This document shows positions 7,799-13,504 of a DNA stretch of 13,504 nucleotides, piece after piece. This DNA is from Nitrospirota bacterium (GTDB taxonomy: Bacteria; Nitrospirota; UBA9217). A program made the position numbers and the translations under genes. The DNA is taken from positions 1-13,504 of the forward strand of contig CAWJQQ010000012.1 of the NCBI GenBank assembly GCA_963845065.1. The letters are read 5' to 3'. The notes beneath the pieces are model-generated. The model had not been told where the DNA came from, ran no database searches, and saw nothing but the letters and a program-made list of their open reading frames with translations. Position 1 is the first letter of the stretch. Every line of letters begins with the position of its first letter.

Positions 7799-7817
7799 AC
7801 GCCCCGCTGGGGGGCGT
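7799..7817 (-). other. GC-rich intra-operon hairpin without U-tract
   Basis: ACGCCCC-ccagc-GGGGCGT, a perfect 7-bp stem between the MFP stop and the ATPase SD. Confidence 0.55.
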
Positions 7818-7846
7818 CTCCATGTTCATCTGACCTTTGTGTTCTT

Positions 7847-8923
7847 CTATTTTTTCTCGTTTCCCTCGCTAGCCACCACCACGTCTCCTTCCTTCAAGCC
7901 CGAAGTTATCTCAATGTATGAGCCTTCCTTCCATCCGGTTTTGACTTCCCGACGGATGGTCTTCCCATCCTTGTTCTGGAGAGACACATACTTTCTGCCT
8001 CCCTCACGCGTCACTGCCGCACTAGGAATAGCAAGTACTCCGGTCTTCTTTTTAAGTGTGATCGTCACATTGGTAGTCATATCCGGCTTGAGCTTTCCCT
8101 CTGTATTATCAATGCTGACGAGCGTGATGTAGTTGACTACGTTCTCCTGCAACACCGCTCGGGGGTAGATGGCCGTCACCCTCCCCCTGAAATCCTTGTC
8201 TGCAAAGGTATCCACCGTAAAGAGCGCTTCCTGGCCTACCCCGATCTTGCCGATATCGGTCTCGTCCACATAAGCATTCACCTCGAGCTTGTTCAGGTCA
8301 ATAATCGTGATAAAAGTAGGCGCATTGAGGCCGGCGGCAACCGTCTCGCCCTGCTGTGTCGTCACTGACGCAATTGTGCCGTTGATCGGCGCAGTAATCG
8401 TGGCATAGGAGAGTTGCGCTTTTGCGTAGTCCTCATCGGCCTTCGCCTTCAGGACCCGTGCTTTTGTCATGTCATAAGTGTTCTGGAGTACATCAATGTT
8501 CTGTTGGGAGATATAACCCTCTTTTGCGAGAGGCAAATCCCGATCCAGGTCAATCTTTGCCTTGTCGAACGCGGCAACAGCCTCAAGGTATGCGGCTTCG
8601 GCCTCGTCCTCTCGTGCCTTGAGATCTTCCTGTTCAAGCTGTACAAGGACTTGGCCCTTTTTTACCTTATCGCCGATATTGGCGTACAGATGCTCCACCT
8701 TACCGGTTATCCGCGCCCCGACTTTTACCTCGGCGCCGACTTTGGGCTTGATAATGCCTGTTGCCTGGACCAGGGAACCCATGTCCCGCTTTTCTACAAC
8801 AGCCGTGGTGACAGCGGTTTCTGATTTGTTATTGTCTGCTTTCATGTGCACCATGAGAAAAGCACTTGCAATCACGGTTGTCGCAGTAATAATCGCAATG
8901 CTGATCTTCTTCTTGTTTGTCAC
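7847..8923 (-). CDS. Periplasmic adaptor / membrane fusion protein, MacA-like (358 aa)
   Basis: N-terminal anchor, lipoyl half-motifs (VGARITGKV…GDKVKKGQVL; ITAPINGTI), VDETDIGKIGVGQ, LKPDMT and EITSGLKEGDVVV. The GTG start overlaps the TolC stop (GTGA). SD GGAGG. Confidence 0.92.
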   Translation of the reverse strand: MTNKKKISIAIITATTVIASAFLMVHMKADNNKSETAVTTAVVEKRDMGSLVQATGIIKPKVGAEVKVGARITGKVEHLYANIGDKVKKGQVLVQLEQEDLKAREDEAEAAYLEAVAAFDKAKIDLDRDLPLAKEGYISQQNIDVLQNTYDMTKARVLKAKADEDYAKAQLSYATITAPINGTIASVTTQQGETVAAGLNAPTFITIIDLNKLEVNAYVDETDIGKIGVGQEALFTVDTFADKDFRGRVTAIYPRAVLQENVVNYITLVSIDNTEGKLKPDMTTNVTITLKKKTGVLAIPSAAVTREGGRKYVSLQNKDGKTIRREVKTGWKEGSYIEITSGLKEGDVVVASEGNEKK

Positions 8924-10314
8924 GGTAATCCTCCATACGTTTCGTTTGCCGGTTGTCTTGTTCCGGTGATGCGGTCAAGACGCGCTGTGGCGGACTGGTA
9001 ATCGCCGACAGCTAGCACATATGCCGCCTTTGCCTGGGTCAGGTCCGTCTCGGCGGTAAGAACCTCGATATAGGTTGATTTGCCCCGTTTATAGAACTCT
9101 ACGACAGCTTTGTACGCTTCGTCCTGCGCCTCGACCAGTCGTTTCGAAGACCGGATGGAGGCAAGCGCCGTACGGATATCCGCAACGGCCTGACGCAAAT
9201 CCACCTGCACCTGATCCCGAACGGCCTTATCATTCCACTCGGCCTCCCGGTAGTGCGCGCGGGCTTTGCCAACCTGCGCATGGGTAATACCTCCCTCGAA
9301 TAGCGACCAATCCAAAAATACACCTGCCATCCACTCATCGTGGGTTAGTGGTGTTAGGCCTTTGTCCCGTTCCCGGTAGCCGTAGCTCCCTTGGAGGCTA
9401 ATCTCTGGCAGATAAGATCCAGTTGCAGAGTCTATGGATAGTCTGGCCTGCTCTTTGAACTGCGCGCTCTTTTTCAGATCGGGGTTATTCTCGAACATCT
9501 GAGCAAGCAAAATGCCATCATTTGTCGGCTCCGCAAACTCTTCGGGCAGTCCGTCGGCGACAGTGATCTGGGCCTCTACGCCGATGCCGATTGTCTTTTT
9601 CAGGATTAATTCGCTGATTCGCAAGGCTTCACTCACTTGGACCAGGCTTCTCTCTGCATCCAGCAGCTGGGCTTCGGCTCTCAGTGTCTCAACTCTAGTC
9701 GCTTTCCCAGCCTTGAAGTAGCTGTCGGTCAGCTTGAAGAACGCCTCCCTCTGCGATCTCGAGTTTTCCTCGACGCTTAGAAGTTCACGCGTCTCTAACA
9801 CCCGGTAATAGGCCTGGCTCACAGCATACACGGTATCGAGCCTTGTGGCCTCAGCGGCATCCCGTTGCGCGTCTGCCGCCTTTGCCGCAGCTCGGGCGTT
9901 GTCTATTGTCTTTCCTCCATCATAGAGGATCTGTTTCAGCTTGACCTGCTGCAGGGATTCCTCGGTATACTGCATCATCGGCTGGATACCGACACGGTCC
10001 AGGTTGTTCCTGGAATAGTAGGCGCTCGCTGTGACCTTCGGATAAAGACCTGCCGAAGCAATACGATAGTCGTTTTCCAGTTCGTTGATCTTTTCACGTT
10101 CGATTTGGAGGCCCGGATTATTCTCAAATGCAAGAGCGATGCACTGATCGAGCGTCAGGATCCTTATGCTTGGAGGGACAACCTGTTTATCCGCAATCTC
10201 CTGAGACGACGATTCCTTCGGAGCGTCAGCGGAATAAGCAATATGAGCCTGTCCGACCGCCAACAGCAATACAACAGAGACAGTCACTATATTGAAACGT
10301 ACTATGAGAGTCAT
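8920..10314 (-). CDS. TolC-family outer membrane efflux protein (464 aa)
   Basis: Signal peptide, LTLDQCIALAFENNPGL, and two OEP repeats (LYPKVTASA / YLPEISLQG; YFKAGKATRVE / FYKRGKSTYIEVL). Start moved from the track's TTG at 10326 to the ATG at 10314, which follows SD GAAAGGA. Confidence 0.9.
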   Translation of the reverse strand: MTLIVRFNIVTVSVVLLLAVGQAHIAYSADAPKESSSQEIADKQVVPPSIRILTLDQCIALAFENNPGLQIEREKINELENDYRIASAGLYPKVTASAYYSRNNLDRVGIQPMMQYTEESLQQVKLKQILYDGGKTIDNARAAAKAADAQRDAAEATRLDTVYAVSQAYYRVLETRELLSVEENSRSQREAFFKLTDSYFKAGKATRVETLRAEAQLLDAERSLVQVSEALRISELILKKTIGIGVEAQITVADGLPEEFAEPTNDGILLAQMFENNPDLKKSAQFKEQARLSIDSATGSYLPEISLQGSYGYRERDKGLTPLTHDEWMAGVFLDWSLFEGGITHAQVGKARAHYREAEWNDKAVRDQVQVDLRQAVADIRTALASIRSSKRLVEAQDEAYKAVVEFYKRGKSTYIEVLTAETDLTQAKAAYVLAVGDYQSATARLDRITGTRQPANETYGGLP

Positions 10315-10454
10315 ATGTCCTTTCAATATGCGAAAGAGGACGGGAAAGCGGGAAGCGGTTGATTTCGCGGAATGTCATGAAGCGGGGAAGTTGATTTGAA
10401 TCAAGGTGTCATTTCAGCCTCCGGGTATTCTCCTCAGGCGGAACAATCCTTATC

Positions 10455-10952
10455 TCAGTTTGACTGCATCGGCCCATGAGCAGGTGGACACGACATTTGT
10501 CCGTTTCCTGCCATGTTGCGTTCGATGAGATCTAGGAACTTCCGCTGCTGGTCCATGTCGAGAGAAGCCTTTATCTCAAGCATGTGGCCAGCGATCATCC
10601 GCTGCATCTCCTCCTGTTTTCCGCTTATCTCTTTGATCGTGGCGTCAATTGCCTTCTTGTCGGGATTTTTATCCCGAATCAGTTCTACCAGATCTTTCCT
10701 CTTTGCATCTATCTCCTGCCTGCGCCTGTCGACCTCTGCGCGGAAGGGCACTGCTATGCTTTTTATCGCGGCCATCTGTTCAGGCTTCAATGACAGCTCT
10801 TCAAACAAAAACCGGTCTTTCTCCATAACCTTGCCAAAGGGAGACACCCAGTATCGGGACTGCGTATAATAACGGTATCCGGCTGTTGCGATTACCGTCA
10901 GGTTCAATAAAAGAGAAGCAGCCAGAGCGAACTTGAGGAGGTTATTTTTCAT
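10455..10952 (-). CDS. Spy/CpxP-like (heavy-metal-sensor family) membrane-anchored periplasmic protein, cassette A (165 aa)
   Basis: ASLLLNL anchor, LSLKPEQ and LDMDQ motifs, and a Met-rich helical body. Overlaps the anti-sigma end by 11 nt. SD GGAGG. Confidence 0.82.
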   Translation of the reverse strand: MKNNLLKFALAASLLLNLTVIATAGYRYYTQSRYWVSPFGKVMEKDRFLFEELSLKPEQMAAIKSIAVPFRAEVDRRRQEIDAKRKDLVELIRDKNPDKKAIDATIKEISGKQEEMQRMIAGHMLEIKASLDMDQQRKFLDLIERNMAGNGQMSCPPAHGPMQSN

Positions 10953-11394
10953 TTCCGGCCTCCGTCATGGCAAGATAGGCGTCTCCCAGAGAACCCGGAG
11001 GTGTCGCGGCGAAAAGATCCAGGGAAAGGGACGATGCAATGCTCGTTGCCTTCTCCGCTGCTGTGCCATTCGTCACGACCTTTCCCGCGATAATGCCCAC
11101 GGTGATGACAATCAGCAGGACAGCCGCCTCAGCGAATCTGATGAATAGCGGGACCAACCACGGCGTTTTCTTTCTCTCCAGCACCGCGGTTCGTGCCATG
11201 ACCCTGGTGGCGAATCCGTAGGGCGCAGGATGACGTTCCGAGTTTGAGAATGCCTCGCGAAGCGATCGCAGATCCTCAAACGTACGCGAGCAGCTGTTGC
11301 AGCCCTGCAAATGGGTTTCAAACGCGGTCTTTTCACCAAGCCCCATTTCTTTATCAAGGTATGCCGAGATAAGTTTTGTCTTTGGACAGCTCAT
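10942..11394 (-). CDS. Zinc-finger (zf-HC2/ZAS) transmembrane anti-sigma factor, cassette A (150 aa)
   Basis: MSC…LISAYLD…HLQGCNSC (HxxxCxxC) and one clear TM helix (AAVLLIVITVGIIAG). SD AGGAG. Confidence 0.88.
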   Translation of the reverse strand: MSCPKTKLISAYLDKEMGLGEKTAFETHLQGCNSCSRTFEDLRSLREAFSNSERHPAPYGFATRVMARTAVLERKKTPWLVPLFIRFAEAAVLLIVITVGIIAGKVVTNGTAAEKATSIASSLSLDLFAATPPGSLGDAYLAMTEAGNEK

Positions 11395-11411
11395 TTTTAT
11401 CTCCTATCCTA

Positions 11412-11440
11412 TTAAACGATCTATTTTGGATTTTGTTCCC
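11412..11440 (-). promoter_or_regulatory. Candidate ECF promoter GGAAC-N16-CGTTTAA overlapping the 3' end of sigma A
   Basis: Minus strand gGGAAC aaaatccaaaatagat CGTTTAA fits the general ECF AAC…CGT pattern and lies just upstream of the anti-sigma A SD. Confidence 0.65.
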
Positions 11441-12002
11441 TAAATTTTATCATTAATTTTTGCAGTTCCTCCCGCGCCCTCGCTATTCGAGATTTGACCG
11501 TTCCCATTGAAATTTCAAGAGTATCGGCAATTTCTTCATAAGACAGCTCCTCGATCTCCTTCAGGATGATGATCGCCCTCAATTTCGGCGATAGCTTCCC
11601 AAGGCTTTCCTGGAGAGCCTGGTTTATTTGTTTTGACTGGTAAAGCTTTTCGGGAGACGGAGCATCCGAGGCGCGATCATGGACAAGCTTTTCCCCTTCA
11701 CCGGAATCGCCGAAGAGGGATTCAAAATTCGGCTTTTTCTTGTAATCGATGCAGGTGTTGGTAGCGATACGGTAGAGCCAGGTATATAAGGATGCTTTGG
11801 GTTGGAACTTAGACAGGGCTTGATAGGCTTTCAGGAACACATCCTGAGCGGCATCCTCGGCGTCATTGGCGTTCCCGAGCATGTGACGGCAGAGATTGTA
11901 TATCTTGTCCTGGTATTTGAGGACGATAACTTCAAAGGCAGAAGAGTCGCCGTTTTTGAAACGATCGATATACTGCAGATCCTCAGATTTGTCCGTCGTC
12001 AT
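11421..12002 (-). CDS. ECF (sigma-70 group 4) RNA polymerase sigma factor, cassette A (193 aa)
   Basis: DAEDAAQDVFLKAY, YTWLYRIATNTCID and LSYEEIADTLEISMGTVKSRIARAREEL. Start is either the ATG at 12002 or the adjacent TTG at 12005. No clear SD. Confidence 0.94.
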   Translation of the reverse strand: MTTDKSEDLQYIDRFKNGDSSAFEVIVLKYQDKIYNLCRHMLGNANDAEDAAQDVFLKAYQALSKFQPKASLYTWLYRIATNTCIDYKKKPNFESLFGDSGEGEKLVHDRASDAPSPEKLYQSKQINQALQESLGKLSPKLRAIIILKEIEELSYEEIADTLEISMGTVKSRIARAREELQKLMIKFREQNPK

Positions 12003-12017
12003 CAATGTCGCACTTGA

Positions 12018-12037
12018 AGTACTTTTGTAAAAGTACT
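12018..12037. promoter_or_regulatory. 20-bp palindrome (candidate operator or 5'-UTR hairpin) upstream of sigma A
   Basis: AGTACTTTT-GT-AAAAGTACT: perfect 9-bp arms with a 2-nt spacer. Confidence 0.55.
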
Positions 12038-12047
12038 GCTGCCTGCA

Positions 12048-12056
12048 ATTATATCA
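12048..12056 (-). promoter_or_regulatory. Extended -10 housekeeping promoter (TGnTATAAT) for sigma A
   Basis: Minus strand TGATATAAT in the chrA-sigma A spacer, correctly oriented. No good -35 element is visible. Confidence 0.6.
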
Positions 12057-12069
12057 TGCTCTTTTCATC

Positions 12070-13227
12070 TCAGAAGAGAAACGGTGAAACTGCTGAAGTT
12101 ATGAGCACAACGTAGAGAATGTCGATCTTTTTAAACAGCGCCATAAGGGCCGCGCAAGCCAGCACAACTCTGATACTATCCCATGGGACAGCAAACGCAA
12201 ACTTCACAGTGACAAAGAAAAGGAGCCCGACAAAGGATGCGAGTATCCCTTTTGTCGCTTTTACGAAATGCGAGGATCTCCGCAATTTATCCAGGACTGG
12301 CGTTATTGCGATCACCAGCAGGAAAGACGGCGTAAACACCGCTATCGTTGCGATGAGGGCGCCGGACGGCCCGCTAATCAAATAGCCAACAAAGGTCGAT
12401 GTGATAACGATTGGTCCAGGTGTGACCTGTCCGAGGGCTATGCCATTCATAAATGTGGTGTTATCCATCCACCGTCGAACATCAACTATTTCATGGAGCA
12501 TCAGAGGAAGCGATGCGAATCCGCCTCCGAAGGCAAACAGGTCTATCTTCATCATCAATGTTGCAAGGTTAAACATCTTTATGTCTATGAAGTAGAGCGC
12601 AAACAAACCTGCAAAGAGAAGAACGAGAAGCAGGGAGAAGTATTTTGCAAAATGACCAGCCTTTTCTCTTTCCTGCTTAGTAAGGGGCATGCCAAACGTA
12701 CCTTTGAAAAAAGTAATCCCTGCGAGAGCGGCTCCCAGGATCACCAAAAAAGGACTTACGCCTGCCCAGAGTAGAACAGCGGCAGTTATCGCCACGGCAA
12801 TGGCCCCAATGTCTTTGAATGTTTTTTCCCCAAATGAATACGTCGCATTTATGACGATTGCGACTACGACCACCTGAAGACCGTTGAACACTGAGATTAT
12901 TTTCGGTACTGTATTGTATGCAGCATATAGTGATGAAAGGAATAACATTAGGATGAATGCGGGCAGCCCGAAACCGACGAACGATGCTAGTGCTCCCGGT
13001 ATCCCCTTTGACCTAAATCCTACATAAGCAGCCGTTTGCATTGCCGTTGCGCCAGGGATGGACTGACAAAGCACAACGCCATCTTTGAAAGCATTGTCAT
13101 CAAGCCATTTGTAGCGGTTAACGGACATTTCCTGGATATAAGCGACCATGGCGGGACCACCGAAGGCTGTTAAACCAAGCCTGAGGAACGCAAAGAACAG
13201 CTTCATGATGGTGGGTTTGTCGTTCAT
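12070..13227 (-). CDS. chrA: Long-chain (two-domain) CHR-family chromate/oxyanion transporter (385 aa)
   Basis: Two homologous halves: LGLTAFGGP…CQSIPGA…GFGLPAF and IDLFAFGGG…GQVTPGP…AVFTPSF. Start is either the ATG at 13227 or the TTG at 13230. Confidence 0.9.
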   Translation of the reverse strand: MNDKPTIMKLFFAFLRLGLTAFGGPAMVAYIQEMSVNRYKWLDDNAFKDGVVLCQSIPGATAMQTAAYVGFRSKGIPGALASFVGFGLPAFILMLFLSSLYAAYNTVPKIISVFNGLQVVVVAIVINATYSFGEKTFKDIGAIAVAITAAVLLWAGVSPFLVILGAALAGITFFKGTFGMPLTKQEREKAGHFAKYFSLLLVLLFAGLFALYFIDIKMFNLATLMMKIDLFAFGGGFASLPLMLHEIVDVRRWMDNTTFMNGIALGQVTPGPIVITSTFVGYLISGPSGALIATIAVFTPSFLLVIAITPVLDKLRRSSHFVKATKGILASFVGLLFFVTVKFAFAVPWDSIRVVLACAALMALFKKIDILYVVLITSAVSPFLF

Positions 13228-13286
13228 CAATATTGTCTCTTTTTAAATTCCGCTCTCTTTCCTGGTTTTATCGTAATAGAGACGCC

Positions 13287-13472
13287 CTATTGCACCCTCG
13301 CCTCTATGCACAAGCCAGAATGTATTTCTGTATATATTCGGAGCCGGATCGTGGCAATGCGGTTAAAAGAAGTGGTTGGGAAGAGTATCTCAGAATGATT
13401 ATATTCAGTCAGGAGGATCACGATAGTAACAAGAAGACTCAAAAATAGTCTTTTTTGCGATTTGTCGACCAT
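13287..13472 (-). CDS. Possible 61-aa hypothetical protein or truncated gene remnant
   Basis: SD-like GAAAGGA precedes the ATG at 13472. The N-terminus MVDKSQKRLFLSLLVTIVILLT looks like a signal or anchor. The remainder is unrecognisable. Confidence 0.2.
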   Translation of the reverse strand: MVDKSQKRLFLSLLVTIVILLTEYNHSEILFPTTSFNRIATIRLRIYTEIHSGLCIEARVQ

Positions 13473-13504
13473 ATTTTTCCTTTCCAGGATAATCATCCCT
13501 ATGG

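Noticed and set aside
3079..10414. 11-mer AAATGACACCT present after both the cytochrome stop (3079..3089) and sensor A (10404..10414)
   Set aside because: An 11-nt match is expected by chance in a window this size, and the similarity does not extend.
180..13448. All plus-strand ORFs and alternative-frame minus-strand ORFs in the track
   Set aside because: Nearly all overlap well-supported minus-strand genes, and none shows a recognisable motif. They are treated as shadow ORFs.
1..13504. Mobile elements, CRISPR arrays, tRNA (including tRNA-Sec) or rRNA genes
   Set aside because: No transposase or integrase motifs, regularly spaced repeats or tRNA-like folds were seen in the short intergenic regions.

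Overview
All credible genes lie on the minus strand. In transcription order they are: a CHR-family (ChrA) oxyanion transporter; ECF cassette A (sigma factor, zinc-finger anti-sigma, Spy/CpxP-like periplasmic sensor); a MacAB-TolC-type ABC exporter (TolC, membrane fusion protein, ATPase and two different permeases); an exported pentaheme c-type cytochrome; an intrinsic terminator; ECF cassette B (same three-gene layout); and a MOT1-family molybdate/sulfate transporter. The main hidden feature is that the track's ORFs 3466..4404 and 3088..3438 are one reading frame interrupted by a single TGA (…HGIPDG-TGA-PTPNRL…). A SECIS-like hairpin follows that TGA, so this is most likely a 438-aa multiheme selenoprotein resembling Geobacter ExtKL. 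It sits here without the usual ext operon neighbours. Other notable patterns are a PPGS-x3-YL tail shared by both anti-sigmas, three ECF-like promoter candidates sharing a GTTTAA -10 element, and an extended -10 promoter followed by a 20-bp palindrome upstream of sigma A. Gene content suggests an anaerobic Gram-negative such as Desulfobacterota or Nitrospirota (inference). Family assignments come from motif recognition by eye, not database searches.
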